A stretch of 61,042 nt of DNA, filler included, from Candidatus Lindowbacteria bacterium RIFCSPLOWO2_12_FULL_62_27 (GCA_001784175.1; 2 parts of 2 records of this genome joined end to end with filler, not necessarily neighbours in it); one strand, 5' to 3'. Shown: positions 1 to 11,031, numbered from the whole stretch's first letter. The notes: generated by a model from the sequence alone, not told the origin. Numbers and translations: made by a program.

Positions 1-70
1 CGACGTCGGACTGACCTTCCACGGCGAGGACGTTCTTATTTCCGGCCGCCATTCCGAGGAGGAACAGTGG

Positions 71-769
71 GTGAAATCTGCCCGCGAAAAAGTCCGCAAC
101 GCCATCGAAACCACCGGCACCCCGCCCCTGAGCGAAATGCTGGACCTGGCCCACGGCGAGGGTCTGTGCCACAATGAGACCTCCTTCCGAAAATCCCACG
201 AGATCCTCGATCATGTTATCGAACAGCATCCCAAAAATGCCCGTGCCTGGAATATCCTCGGTCTTGTGCGGTGGAACGAAAGCGACCTCCCCGGCGCCGA
301 ACGCGCATTTCGTAAGGCCATGTCCCTCGATCCGGACACCCGCGTCCATCGGGCGAATCTCGGCCATGTCCTTCACGAAATGGGCCGCCCCGATGATGCC
401 ATCCACGTCCTGCGCGCCGCCCATACCAGATGGCCAGATTATCCATGTGCCGCGGAACTCTACGCTCGCACCTTGGAGGCCGCAGGCCAGTATCAGGAGG
501 CGCACGCGGTCCGGACAAAAACCATCGCCACATTCTGCCCAAATGGCGTCATCCCCGCCGATGTCCAGCGATATGACATCGCCTGGTTGCTCCGCCTCTA
601 CGAGGGTACCGGCGACTCGGCCAAAGTTGACGAGCTGTACAAACACAAAAACCTCAGCGCCACTCCGCCGACCGACACCTCCGCCCAGCCGTACCGCGAG
701 GCCCTGCTGGCCGGGCCGGAATCTCCGGCGCCGTCCGGGCAGGCGGTCCAGGGACGCCTGATGCCATGA
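71..769 (+). CDS. Tetratricopeptide repeat protein
   Basis: TPR-like repeats (ARAWNILGLVRW...AERAFRKAMSLDP, HRANLGHVLHEMG); GAGGAGG upstream of GTG start. Confidence 0.75.
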   Translation: MKSAREKVRNAIETTGTPPLSEMLDLAHGEGLCHNETSFRKSHEILDHVIEQHPKNARAWNILGLVRWNESDLPGAERAFRKAMSLDPDTRVHRANLGHVLHEMGRPDDAIHVLRAAHTRWPDYPCAAELYARTLEAAGQYQEAHAVRTKTIATFCPNGVIPADVQRYDIAWLLRLYEGTGDSAKVDELYKHKNLSATPPTDTSAQPYREALLAGPESPAPSGQAVQGRLMP

Positions 770-1035
770 AACAGAGGGAAAGATGAGGATGAGGAGGTCG
801 AGGATTGAATATATGCAAACTACAGTCCGAGCTATTGAAATTCTCACTCAACTTCTTCCCTTGTCAGCTTCGTATTTCAAAAGTAGTCTACACCTTACTG
901 AGAGGGGATATCGAATAGCGTGGGCTATTCACAGCATGGAGGACTTTGTTTGATGACTACCTCTCAGACCCAACCAATTTCGACGATGGATATTTCTGTA
1001 GCCGGGCGGGCTTCACGCGGTACTGCGGGCTAACT

Positions 1036-2565
1036 ATGGAAATCTCCGTCACCCACGTCGTCTTCCTGGCAATCGGGTTGTCTGTGGGCGCATTCATCGC
1101 TTGGCTCATATTTAAGAACAAGATCGCTCTTGCCGAAGCGACTGGCCGCGCTGCCGGCGAAGTCGAACGGACATCACTCTCGGAACAACTTAAAGCCGCC
1201 CTGCAGGAAATCGCGGGCATTCAGAACAGGCTCACGGTAAGTGAAGACCGGGCTCAGAAACTTCAGGCCGAGCTGGATAAGACCGGTCGAGAGAGCGCGC
1301 AGTTTGCCGAGAGAGCCAATCGGCTGGCTGATGTTGAAGCCGCACACGATGGGCTTCTGAAGAAGTGTGCGGAATTTCAAGCCAAGATTGCTGAACTAAA
1401 TACCGCACTGGAACACGAGCGGACTCAGTCGGCGGAAAAACTTTCTCTTCTCAACGACGCGCGGGAGGAGTTGAGCAATCGTTTCAAGGCGCTCGCGAAT
1501 GAAATCCTGGATGAGAAAAGCAAAAAATTTGCCGACCAGAATCAGTCCAACCTCAACCAACTCCTCGATCCGCTCAAACAACAGTTGACCGACTTCAAAT
1601 CGAAAGTTGAGGAGGTCTACGTCAACGAAGGCAAGGACCGCAGCGCGCTGACGGAGCAGGTCAATCAGCTGATTCGGCTCAACAACGCGCTGAGCCAGGA
1701 TGCGCAGAACCTCACGCTTGCTCTGAAAGGCGACCGCAAAGCCCAGGGCAACTGGGGCGAAATCATTCTCGACGACGTTCTGGAGAAGGCCGGCTTGGTT
1801 GAAGGCCAGCATTACGAGCGTCAAGGCGGCATCAAGAGCGAGGACGGGCAGTCACACGTCATCCCGGACGTGGTCGTTCACCTGCCGGGCGATCGCCATC
1901 TTGTCATGGACTCAAAGATGACATTGCCTGACTACAGGGCGTTTGCAGACGCCGAGCGGGATGAGGATCGGGAAGCCGCGCTCAAACGACACCTGACGTC
2001 GATCCGAAACCACATCAAAGGATTGTCCGAGAAGAATTATCAGTCGCTCTATGGCCTGAAATCTCTTGATTTTGTTGTCATGTTCATTCCGCTTGAGCCT
2101 GCCTTCATGCTCGCCGTCACCAACGACCGCGAGCTTTTCCACCATGCTTGGGAAAGAAACGTCCTTCTTGTCAGTCCCAGCACGTTGCTGTTTGTTGTTC
2201 GGACCGTCGCGTATCTCTGGCGCCAGGAGGATCTCAGCCGAAACGCGAAGGAGATCTCAAACCGCGGCGCAGAGCTGTACGATAAGCTCGTCGGATTTGT
2301 CGCCGATCTGCAGGACGTCGGCAAGCGCATCCAACAGGCGCAGGACAGCTACAATGACGCGCGCAAGAAATTGAACGAAGGTACCGGCAACGTCATCCGT
2401 CAGGCCGAACTGCTCAAAAAGCTGGGCGTCAAACCGAGCAAAGCCCTCCCCGCCCAGTGGGTGGAGCCGGCGATGGAACAATCTCTTCCGGAAATCCGCA
2501 CCCTACGCGAGCGACCCGTCGCGCAGGATTCTGGCGGGAAGGCCATCGATGACCGAAGCGAATAG
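1036..2565 (+). CDS. rmuC: DNA recombination protein RmuC (N-terminal TM, coiled coil, PD-(D/E)XK-like domain)
   Basis: KAQGNWGEIIL, IPDVVVHLP..HLVMDSK, DFVVMFIPLEPAF, VSPSTLL motifs typical of RmuC; ATG at 1036 preferred over TTG at 946 because the TM helix follows directly. Confidence 0.92.
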   Translation: MEISVTHVVFLAIGLSVGAFIAWLIFKNKIALAEATGRAAGEVERTSLSEQLKAALQEIAGIQNRLTVSEDRAQKLQAELDKTGRESAQFAERANRLADVEAAHDGLLKKCAEFQAKIAELNTALEHERTQSAEKLSLLNDAREELSNRFKALANEILDEKSKKFADQNQSNLNQLLDPLKQQLTDFKSKVEEVYVNEGKDRSALTEQVNQLIRLNNALSQDAQNLTLALKGDRKAQGNWGEIILDDVLEKAGLVEGQHYERQGGIKSEDGQSHVIPDVVVHLPGDRHLVMDSKMTLPDYRAFADAERDEDREAALKRHLTSIRNHIKGLSEKNYQSLYGLKSLDFVVMFIPLEPAFMLAVTNDRELFHHAWERNVLLVSPSTLLFVVRTVAYLWRQEDLSRNAKEISNRGAELYDKLVGFVADLQDVGKRIQQAQDSYNDARKKLNEGTGNVIRQAELLKKLGVKPSKALPAQWVEPAMEQSLPEIRTLRERPVAQDSGGKAIDDRSE

Positions 2566-5500
2566 TTCCGTATCCCCGGCGGCCACCCTCCCCCGGACCG
2601 GCATGGTCGCCACCGTTCGCAATCGGCGGGGCGTCATCGGCGGGGTGCGGCCGTTTGACGGGCCGCAGGGGGTGCTCCATGTCGTCGATATCGATTATAA
2701 TGACGGCGGCAGTCCTCTGCAGGAAACGCTCCTCTGGGAGCGGGAGGCCTTTGCGCGCCTCCTGCCGCCGGCCGCCCTGCCCGAACCGCAGGCAAGTACG
2801 CCCATGTCGGAGGAGGACCTGACGGCGCTGGTTCGCGCGTGCCGGTGGTCGGCGCGCACGCCCTATATCGATCCCGACGCCGACGGGCCGCTGGACCGCC
2901 TGCCGGTCTCGGCTCCCTTCCACGGAGCGGTTCAGGTCGAGGATTTCCAGCTCGTTCCTCTGCTCAAGGCCCTCCGGATGCCGCGCGTGTCGCTTCTGAT
3001 CGCCGATGACGTGGGGCTCGGCAAGACCATCGAGGCGGGCCTGATTCTCAGCGAACTTTTGCTTCGCCGCCGCATCCGGCGTGTTCTGATCCTCACGCCG
3101 GCTGCCCTGCGCCTGCAGTGGCGGGACGAGCTCTGGACCAAATTCGCGCTCGCGTTCAACGTCGTCGACGCCGACGCCACCGTCAAGCTCCGCCGGCAGA
3201 TCGGCCTTGACGCCAATCCGTGGCGCAGCCACGCGCGCATCATCGCCAGCTACCACTATCTGAAACAGCCCGACGTCCTCGAAGAATTTCGCGCAGCCGG
3301 CCGCGCCGACCCGAACGAGGCCCGCCTGCCCTGGGACCTTCTGATCGTCGACGAGGCGCACAATCTGACGCCTCCGCCCCTCGGCGACGAAAGCGACCTC
3401 TGCAAAATGCTCCGCCATATTTCCCCGCTGTTCGAGCATCGCGTCTTTCTCACCGCCACGCCCCACAACGGCCACACGCGGTCGTTTACGGGCCTGCTTG
3501 AAATGCTCGACCCCGTCCGGTTCAGCCAGACGCACGAACTGAAGTCCGTCGAACGCGCGCGCATTCAGGATGTCCTCGTCCGGCGGCTCAAACGAGAAAT
3601 CAACGCGCGATCCGCAACCAAAAAATTCTGCGACCGCCTTCCGCCCCAGGCCCTCACCATCGCCCTCCGGCGGAAAGAAAAGGCGCTATCGGCCGCATTC
3701 GAAAAATTCCGGGAAAAACTTCATACGCTCATCCGCACCCAGAGCCGCCGTCGCCGGATCGCCGGAAACTTTGCCGTCGAAATCCTCGGCAAACGCATGC
3801 TCTCCTGTTCCGCCGCCTTCGCCGAAAGCTGGCGGCGATGCCGGGCCGGCATGGCCGAACCGGACGAGGTGACCGACGCGGAGGTCCTGGCCGCGCAAAA
3901 ATCGCTCGAAGATGAGACCGTTGATGACCGGGAGGCGGAGAGCCGCCGGGGCGCCGCATCATCGGTGGTCGGCGCATGGCTTCGACCCTTCGCCGGCGAC
4001 CTCGCCGATGTTTCGTCGGCGCTCGATCAGGCCATCGAGGAGCTTGGTTTCAGATCCGCCTCCGACCCCGCCGCCCAGGATCCCGACGAAGACGCGCGAT
4101 TTGCGGCGCTCAAATCCCTCATCGAATCGAAACTGCGCGCCGGAGGGGAATGGCGGGCTGATGAGCGGCTGGTCGTGTTTACGGAATACAAGACCACGCT
4201 CGATTATCTCCTGCGCCGCCTTCGGGAGGAATTCGAGCCGCACCGGATCCTCTGTCTCTTCGGCGGAATGGACGACCCTCAGCGCGAGCAGATCAAACGC
4301 GCGTTCAACGATCCCGACAATCCCGTCCGCGTCCTCGTCGCGACCGACGCGGCATCCGAGGGGCTCAACCTTCAGGAGACCGCGCGGTATCTTCTGCATT
4401 TCGACATCCCTTGGAATCCGGCGCGGCTCGAACAGCGCAACGGGCGGCTCGACCGGCACGGCCAGGCGCGGGACGTGTCGACGTGGCATTTCGTGAGCCA
4501 GGACGACCGCGACCTCGCGTTTCTGGATTATGTGGTCCGCAAGGTCGACGCGATCCGCGAGGATCTGGGCGCGACGGGCGACGTGTTCGACGAGGCGCTT
4601 CAGCGGCGGCTCATCGCGGGCGAGGACAACGCCGAGGTTCTGCGCGATCTCGACCGGCGGCTGGTCGAGGCGGCAAAACTCGTCGACATCCCGAGAGATG
4701 ACCGCGCCGTCCCGGCAATCCGGCCGGAGGAAAAAGATCCGGCGGGGGATCTTAAGGCGATCGCGGCCGAACTCGATCTTGATCCCGAATCGATGCGCGT
4801 CACACTCGACGCCGCCATGGCCGTCGGCGCGGGCCGGCCGCGCATCAGCAACCCGGACGATCACGGCATATCCAGAATCCTCCAGCCCCATCCGCCCGCT
4901 TGGGGTCCGATCCTGGACGATTATGTACGCCTGCCGGCCGGAAACGCGGCCGCGGGCGCCTTGCCCGGTCTGGCGTTCGATCCCAACGCCTTTATCGTGA
5001 CCATCGGCGGCGGCCTGCCGGTATTCCGGCCGCGGCCCGACGCGCTCCTCATGCATCTGGCCCATCCGCTGATCCACCACGCCCTGACGGCCCTGACGCG
5101 TCTTCGGTTTCCGGGCGCGTCCGACCGCGTTGTCTCGCGCTGGACGGCGCGGCGGAGCGAAATCCCGTCGGGCGCCGAAGCCGTGATCGCCCTCCATGTC
5201 GAAGAACTCGCCGTCAATGAACTTCGCGAAACGTTCCACCACTGGGTGCGGACCCTGCGGTTGCCGGTCAGAAAGGGCAAACTCGGCGCGCCCCTTTCTC
5301 ATTCCCCGGCAATGGATCTTCGAACCCCGCCCGCGCCGTTGGACGCCGCCGCATCCCGCGAGGCGGGCGATCTCTGGCTCGACATCGAGCCGGATGTCCG
5401 CGATTTCCTGAAACGGTTTTCGGCGGAACTCACCGCCACGGTCAAATCCCAGATCGAGTTCGACAGAAAAAAGGCGCTCAAAGACGAGCAGGATCGATAC

Positions 5501-5869
5501 CAGAGCCGGCAGGGTGAAATCTCCGCGCTGATCGAATCCAACACCGTTGCCCGGCTCGCGCGCGAGATCGAGGACCTCAAGCGCAAACGCGAGCAGGGCG
5601 TCCTCTTCGATCAGGAACGGCGGCTTGACGAACTCGACCGCGACCTGGAGCTTCGCGAGGAGGAACTCCGGCGCCGCCGGGTTCATTACGAGGAACTCCG
5701 CGCGGAATTGGCCAAAGAACGCGACCGCATCCTGAAAAATCTGATTCCGAAGCGGTTCGCCCTCCGCTCCGACGTCCAGATCATGCCCATCGCCGTGGAG
5801 ATCATCCTTCCGGCATCGGCCCGGCCCGTCACGCGCGCCGCTGCCGGCGGGCGAAAAAAATCCCGCTGA
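2549..5869 (+). CDS. drmD: SNF2-family helicase, DISARM DrmD-like
   Basis: LIADDVGLGKT, DEAH, TATPHNG, ATDAASEGLNLQ, PWNPARLEQRNGRLDRHGQ; immediately upstream of an adenine methyltransferase. Confidence 0.85.
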   Translation: MTEANSSVSPAATLPRTGMVATVRNRRGVIGGVRPFDGPQGVLHVVDIDYNDGGSPLQETLLWEREAFARLLPPAALPEPQASTPMSEEDLTALVRACRWSARTPYIDPDADGPLDRLPVSAPFHGAVQVEDFQLVPLLKALRMPRVSLLIADDVGLGKTIEAGLILSELLLRRRIRRVLILTPAALRLQWRDELWTKFALAFNVVDADATVKLRRQIGLDANPWRSHARIIASYHYLKQPDVLEEFRAAGRADPNEARLPWDLLIVDEAHNLTPPPLGDESDLCKMLRHISPLFEHRVFLTATPHNGHTRSFTGLLEMLDPVRFSQTHELKSVERARIQDVLVRRLKREINARSATKKFCDRLPPQALTIALRRKEKALSAAFEKFREKLHTLIRTQSRRRRIAGNFAVEILGKRMLSCSAAFAESWRRCRAGMAEPDEVTDAEVLAAQKSLEDETVDDREAESRRGAASSVVGAWLRPFAGDLADVSSALDQAIEELGFRSASDPAAQDPDEDARFAALKSLIESKLRAGGEWRADERLVVFTEYKTTLDYLLRRLREEFEPHRILCLFGGMDDPQREQIKRAFNDPDNPVRVLVATDAASEGLNLQETARYLLHFDIPWNPARLEQRNGRLDRHGQARDVSTWHFVSQDDRDLAFLDYVVRKVDAIREDLGATGDVFDEALQRRLIAGEDNAEVLRDLDRRLVEAAKLVDIPRDDRAVPAIRPEEKDPAGDLKAIAAELDLDPESMRVTLDAAMAVGAGRPRISNPDDHGISRILQPHPPAWGPILDDYVRLPAGNAAAGALPGLAFDPNAFIVTIGGGLPVFRPRPDALLMHLAHPLIHHALTALTRLRFPGASDRVVSRWTARRSEIPSGAEAVIALHVEELAVNELRETFHHWVRTLRLPVRKGKLGAPLSHSPAMDLRTPPAPLDAAASREAGDLWLDIEPDVRDFLKRFSAELTATVKSQIEFDRKKALKDEQDRYQSRQGEISALIESNTVARLAREIEDLKRKREQGVLFDQERRLDELDRDLELREEELRRRRVHYEELRAELAKERDRILKNLIPKRFALRSDVQIMPIAVEIILPASARPVTRAAAGGRKKSR

Positions 5870-8800
5870 TGCCCCCGAACGCCCCGGCCGCGCCCGCCAT
5901 GTCGTGGTGGGAGTCCCTCCGGCATTTCGGCTTTCTGCTCGGTCCGGGCCAAGTCTCGGACTTGGAGCGCTCGTTCTCCCCGCCGGATCTTGCGCCGTAC
6001 CGGGCCGACCAGCTCCGCCGCGAGATCACGCGCCGCGACGCCGGCGACATCACGGCCGCCGATTTCGCCGCCTGGGCGCTCGATAAAATTTGCGGGTTTG
6101 CCGACGCCCCAGGCACGTGGCGGCGCGGCCGCGATGTCTCGACCGAATACAGCCGCACGCTGGTGTCGGGCGAAACCGCCAAACCGCGGCACATCTGGTC
6201 CGGCTTGAACGGCGGCCGGCTCCCAGTGTTTTTCGACGAGGCCAAAACGATCGGCGTCGGCCGGAGCCGCAAAATCGTCAGCGATGTCGTCCAATGGATG
6301 CGGCTGGCCCGCCGGCCCCTCGCGCTGATCACCAACGGCCGACAATGGCGTCTCATCTATGCCGGACTCGACTACACCGCCGCCTGCGAATGGGACACCG
6401 ACCTGTGGTTTGCGGAAGGGCAACCCGGTCCGCAGATCGCCGCCCTGCGGATGATCCTTCAGGCGAAATTGTTTGATCCCTCCGATCCGGCCGCCGAGTC
6501 GGCACTGGTCGCCGCCATTCTCGCCGGGCGCAAAGGCCAATCGGAATTGTCGGCCATCCTGGGCGAACGCGTCCGCGAGGCCGTCGAATGCCTCGTCCGC
6601 TCGCACGGCCCGGCTCTGGACCGCGCCGCCGCCGTCGCCCCGCCGGATATTTACCGCGGCGCCGTGCGGACGGTCATGCGGCTGGTCGTCGTACTGTTCG
6701 CAGAAAGCCGCGAACTTCTGCCGCTTGGCAATCCCCTGTATTACGCGTCCTACAGCCTGCGCGGCATTTTCGAGCGACTGCAGAAATCAGCCGTCCGCGG
6801 CCGCGCGCGGCTGGATCACCGATTCAGCGCCTGGCCCGCGGTCCTCGCGCTCTTTCGGCTCATCCATGACGGATCGCATCACGAATCGGTCGTTCTTCCG
6901 GCCTACGGCGGCGAGCTGTTTCAGCCCGGCGATCCGAATTCGCCCGACGGCGTCACCCGCGCGCTTGTTCTGTTCGAGTCCGCCTGTTTCGATCCCGGCC
7001 TGCAGATCATGCCCGACGGCGTCGTCTACCGCATGCTGGAACTCCTGACCCGCACGACCGTCCGAATCCGGCAGGGCCGCGCCGCCGCCACGGTGGCGAT
7101 GCCGGTCGATTTTTCCGGCCTGTCGTCCGAATACATCGGCATCCTCTATGAGGGCCTCATGGATTACGAGCTTCGAAAGGCGCCCCCGGCCGATCCGGTC
7201 GTTTTTCTGAATGTCGGCAACCAGCCGGCCCTGCCTCTTTCCCGGCTGGAACAGATGGACGACCGGCAGATCAAGGACCTGTTCGAAAAAATGAAAAAAA
7301 CGGATGCGGCCGATGAGGAGACGGAGGAGGAGTCGGAGGAAACGGATGAGGCGGAGGCCCGCGAGGCGGAACCGGAGGCCGACGAATCCGACGCGTCCGA
7401 GACCGATGGCGCGCCGGAGGAGGACGCGGCCGCCGAACCTTCAGCGTCGGAATCGTCCCGCGGCCGGGCGATGGCATGGGCGCGACGCGTGTGTCTCGCC
7501 GCCGGGCTGGTCCGCAATCCCCGCGGGCGCATGACGCCGGAACTGCGGATGCAGTTCGACCGCCGGCTCGATGCGGCCGCCCGACAGCTCACCGCGCGCG
7601 TCGTCCTTCCCGGCGAATGGTTTCTCGTCCGCTGGGGCGGAACACGAAAAGGTGGGGGAACATTCTACACCCGTCCGGCGCTGGCTGTTCCCACCGCCCA
7701 CCGTACGCTCGCCCCGCTGGCATTCACGCCCGCTCAACCTTCCGGGCCGCCGGACACGCCGAAAAAGCCGGAGGAGATTCTGTCGATCAAGGTCTGCGAT
7801 CCCGCGTGCGGATCCGGATCCTTTCTCGTCGCGGCTCTGCGGTTTCTCACCGACGCGCTCTACGCGTCGCTTTTCGCCCATCGGCGTCTGGCCGGCGAAC
7901 AGGACCGGACGATCGTCAATCTTTTCAATGGCGCGGCCGGCCCGGCCCGGCTCGGCGACGAATGGATTCCCTGCCGCGTCGAGGATGCGGACTTCGAGTC
8001 CCGGCTGAAGGCCCGCTTGCGCCGGCATGTGGTCGAACGGTGCGTCTACGGCGTCGATCTCGACCCGCTGGCCATCGAGCTCTGCCGCCTCGCGCTCTGG
8101 ATCGAGACGATGGACCGCGATCTTCCGTTCTCGTTCCTCGATCACAAGATCAAATGCGGCAACTCGCTCGTCGGATGCTGGCTCGACCGGTTCCGGCATT
8201 ATCCCGTTCTCGCCTGGAACCGGGAGGGAGGCGACAAAGGGCACGGCAACGGCGTTCACTTCGAGAAGGAAACGCGGACGCGCGCGATCAAGGCGTTCAA
8301 GTCCGAAGCCGTGAAGGATGACCTCGCGCAGTTTCTCGGCGCGCCGTCGCTCTTTCGAAAGGACGCGATCACCGAAGCCGAAACGGCGCACGCGGCGGCG
8401 ACGAAGGTCATCGACGCCATCCACGAGATCCCGCTTGCGGATCACGAGGAACGCGCGCGGATCTATCGCGAGGAGTATGCCGGAAGCGCGGCGCTCCGCG
8501 CGATCCGCGAGTCGCTCGACCGCTGGTGCGCCATCTGGTTCTGGCCGGCGGATGCGCTCGAGGATGCGCCGCTCCCGTCGAATCTCCATAAGCCGTCCGA
8601 GCGAACAGCCGCGATCGCGCGCGCGGTCGCCGCGGAGAAGCGTTTCTTCCATTGGGAGATCGAGTTTCCAGATGCCTTCAATTCCCGCAGGGCCGGATTC
8701 GATGCGATCCTTGGAAATCCGCCGTGGGATATCGCCAAGCCGAACTCCAAGGAGTTCTTCTCGAATATCGATCCGCTTTATCGATCCTATGGAAAACAGG

Positions 8801-10989
8801 AAGCGGTCCGCAAACAGACCGACTACTTCGCGGACGATACCGCGGAACGGGAATGGCTCGACTACAACGCGGATTTCAAGGCGCAGTCGAATTTCGTGAA
8901 GTTTGCGGCATCGCCGTGGGGAGATCCGAAAGAGAGCGACGAGCGCTTCTCGATCGCCCGCGGCGGGCTTAACGATGCGCTGCACGACGAATGGCGATCG
9001 CGCCGCGCCGGTGCGCGCGGCTACGCCGATCCGGAGCACTCGTTTCGGCATCAGGGATCGGCCGACATCAATCTCTACAAACTCTTCCTCGAACTCGGCC
9101 ATTCGCTTCTCCGCTCCGGCGGTCGCCTCGGCTTCATCGTCCCGTCGGGACTTTACTCCGATCACGGTTCCGGCGCGCTCCGGGAGCTCTTCCTGAACCG
9201 CTGCCGCTGGGAATGGATCTTCGGCTTCGAGAACCGCGAAAAAATCTTCGATATCGACGGACGCTTCAAATTCAATCCCGTCATCATCGAGAAGGGCGGT
9301 ACAACCGAGGCGATCAAGACCGCATTCATGCGCCGCAAGCTCGAGGACTGGGAGAACGGCGAGACTTTCGCAACGCTCTACACCCGCGAGCGCGTCACGC
9401 GCTTCTCGCCGAAGTCGAAGGCGATCCTCGAGATCCAGTCCGACCGCGACCTCGAGATCCTCGAGAAAATCTACGCCAACTCCGTCCTCCTCGGCGCCGA
9501 CGGGCCGGACGGCTGGGGCATCAAGTACGCGACCGAGTTCCATATGACCAACGACTCAAAGCTCTTCCCGCCGCGCCCGTGGTGGGAGGAGCGCGGCTAC
9601 CAGCCCGACGAATACAGCCGCTGGCAGAAAGGCGAATGGCGCCCGATCGCGGATCTATGGCGGACGCTGAAGGTAAAGGCCCTCCCTGACGGTGAACGCC
9701 GCTGCGCGCAACCTCCCTACGACACGCTTCCGATCCCAAGAGCCGACATCCCCGCAGGCACCATCCTGTCGCGCGATGCCAGCCACTGGATCGCGGAGGA
9801 TGAGATAGACGATACGGCGTTGCCGCTCTATGAAGGCCGAATGATCGGACAGTTTGATTTCAGTCAGAAAGGGTGGGTCAGCGGCAAAGGCCGAAGCGCC
9901 GAGTGGCGCGAGATTCCATGGGATTCGAAGCAGATCGAGCCACAGTTCTGCATGGGGAGAGAGACTTTTCTGAGTGAACGGCCGAAATACGCCAATCGCA
10001 TCAAGTTCAGCTTCATGGATGTGAGTTCAGCAACCAATTCACGAACGATGATTGGGTCGGTCGTTTACCGAAACCCGTGCGGAAACAAAGTCCCCGCACT
10101 TCACAATCGCTTTGATACGAGTGGCGCCCTATCACTTTGTGCGATCGCTAATTCATTCCTTTACGATTTCCAGCTTCGCTGCCGCTTCGGCGGCCTTTCG
10201 TTGAACTACTACATTATTGAGGAAACCGAGTTGCCGCATGCACGCGATGGGTTCAATTCACACCTGCAAGCAAACGCAGTGAGCCTGATGCTTCCTTCGC
10301 GAGTATTCGCGCCAATCTGGCTATCTCTTGGAGCGACGCCGGTGCGTGTGCGGTGGCAACAATCTTGGGCCGTATCAGAACACGAACGCATCCGGCGACT
10401 CTGCAGTCTTGATTCTATCGTTGCTCTCAACTACGGAATGGACACGGTCCTGCTTCGTTCTGTCCTTACAGACTGCGACCATCCCGCCACGGCGATCAGT
10501 TCTCTCTCCCTCAACCCCAAAGGCTTCTGGCGCGTCGACAAGGAGAAGGACCCCGAGCTCCGCCACACCGTCCTCACGCTCGTCGCCTTTCATGACCTCC
10601 AGCAAAAGATCGCCGCCGCCGGCGACCGCGACAAAGGCATCGAGGCATTCTGCAACCAGAATGCGGGCGAAGGCTGGATGCTCCCCGAAACCCTCCGCCT
10701 CGCCGATTACGGTCTTGGCCACGACGACCGCGCGAAAATCGCCCAACCCGTCGCCGGCCGACTCGGCCCCAGATTCCTCGACTGGCAGCTCGCCCAGTCC
10801 CCCGAAGAATCCTGGCGCGAATGCGAACTCCACGCGCGAAATCTCCTCGGCGAGGCCGGATTCAAACAGCTCCAATCCGGCATCGACTCCGATCCCCGCG
10901 CCGCCCGCCCGTCCGCCATCAAGCAAGAGCCGGCGAAACCCGCCCGAAAAAAAGCCAAATTGGCGCCGAATCAAGCTACACTTCTGTGA
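5869..10989 (+). CDS. N6-adenine DNA methyltransferase, type IIG-like / DISARM DrmMI-like
   Basis: GTFYT, DPACGSGSF (motif I), GNPPW (motif IV), FHWEIEFP, N-terminal LITNGRQWRL; TGATG overlap with drmD. Confidence 0.88.
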   Translation: MPPNAPAAPAMSWWESLRHFGFLLGPGQVSDLERSFSPPDLAPYRADQLRREITRRDAGDITAADFAAWALDKICGFADAPGTWRRGRDVSTEYSRTLVSGETAKPRHIWSGLNGGRLPVFFDEAKTIGVGRSRKIVSDVVQWMRLARRPLALITNGRQWRLIYAGLDYTAACEWDTDLWFAEGQPGPQIAALRMILQAKLFDPSDPAAESALVAAILAGRKGQSELSAILGERVREAVECLVRSHGPALDRAAAVAPPDIYRGAVRTVMRLVVVLFAESRELLPLGNPLYYASYSLRGIFERLQKSAVRGRARLDHRFSAWPAVLALFRLIHDGSHHESVVLPAYGGELFQPGDPNSPDGVTRALVLFESACFDPGLQIMPDGVVYRMLELLTRTTVRIRQGRAAATVAMPVDFSGLSSEYIGILYEGLMDYELRKAPPADPVVFLNVGNQPALPLSRLEQMDDRQIKDLFEKMKKTDAADEETEEESEETDEAEAREAEPEADESDASETDGAPEEDAAAEPSASESSRGRAMAWARRVCLAAGLVRNPRGRMTPELRMQFDRRLDAAARQLTARVVLPGEWFLVRWGGTRKGGGTFYTRPALAVPTAHRTLAPLAFTPAQPSGPPDTPKKPEEILSIKVCDPACGSGSFLVAALRFLTDALYASLFAHRRLAGEQDRTIVNLFNGAAGPARLGDEWIPCRVEDADFESRLKARLRRHVVERCVYGVDLDPLAIELCRLALWIETMDRDLPFSFLDHKIKCGNSLVGCWLDRFRHYPVLAWNREGGDKGHGNGVHFEKETRTRAIKAFKSEAVKDDLAQFLGAPSLFRKDAITEAETAHAAATKVIDAIHEIPLADHEERARIYREEYAGSAALRAIRESLDRWCAIWFWPADALEDAPLPSNLHKPSERTAAIARAVAAEKRFFHWEIEFPDAFNSRRAGFDAILGNPPWDIAKPNSKEFFSNIDPLYRSYGKQEAVRKQTDYFADDTAEREWLDYNADFKAQSNFVKFAASPWGDPKESDERFSIARGGLNDALHDEWRSRRAGARGYADPEHSFRHQGSADINLYKLFLELGHSLLRSGGRLGFIVPSGLYSDHGSGALRELFLNRCRWEWIFGFENREKIFDIDGRFKFNPVIIEKGGTTEAIKTAFMRRKLEDWENGETFATLYTRERVTRFSPKSKAILEIQSDRDLEILEKIYANSVLLGADGPDGWGIKYATEFHMTNDSKLFPPRPWWEERGYQPDEYSRWQKGEWRPIADLWRTLKVKALPDGERRCAQPPYDTLPIPRADIPAGTILSRDASHWIAEDEIDDTALPLYEGRMIGQFDFSQKGWVSGKGRSAEWREIPWDSKQIEPQFCMGRETFLSERPKYANRIKFSFMDVSSATNSRTMIGSVVYRNPCGNKVPALHNRFDTSGALSLCAIANSFLYDFQLRCRFGGLSLNYYIIEETELPHARDGFNSHLQANAVSLMLPSRVFAPIWLSLGATPVRVRWQQSWAVSEHERIRRLCSLDSIVALNYGMDTVLLRSVLTDCDHPATAISSLSLNPKGFWRVDKEKDPELRHTVLTLVAFHDLQQKIAAAGDRDKGIEAFCNQNAGEGWMLPETLRLADYGLGHDDRAKIAQPVAGRLGPRFLDWQLAQSPEESWRECELHARNLLGEAGFKQLQSGIDSDPRAARPSAIKQEPAKPARKKAKLAPNQATLL

Positions 10990-11031
10990 AATGCACGCCC
11001 GTTACTACTCCGCTGAACAAGCAGGAGTGGG

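Noticed and set aside
7300-7450. Acidic low-complexity stretch in the MTase as an intein or insertion
   Set aside because: No splice-junction motifs; looks like a disordered linker
2429-9543. Long minus-strand ORFs (368, 575, 306 and 700 aa)
   Set aside because: Antisense shadows of GC-rich drmD and MTase genes, with no motifs
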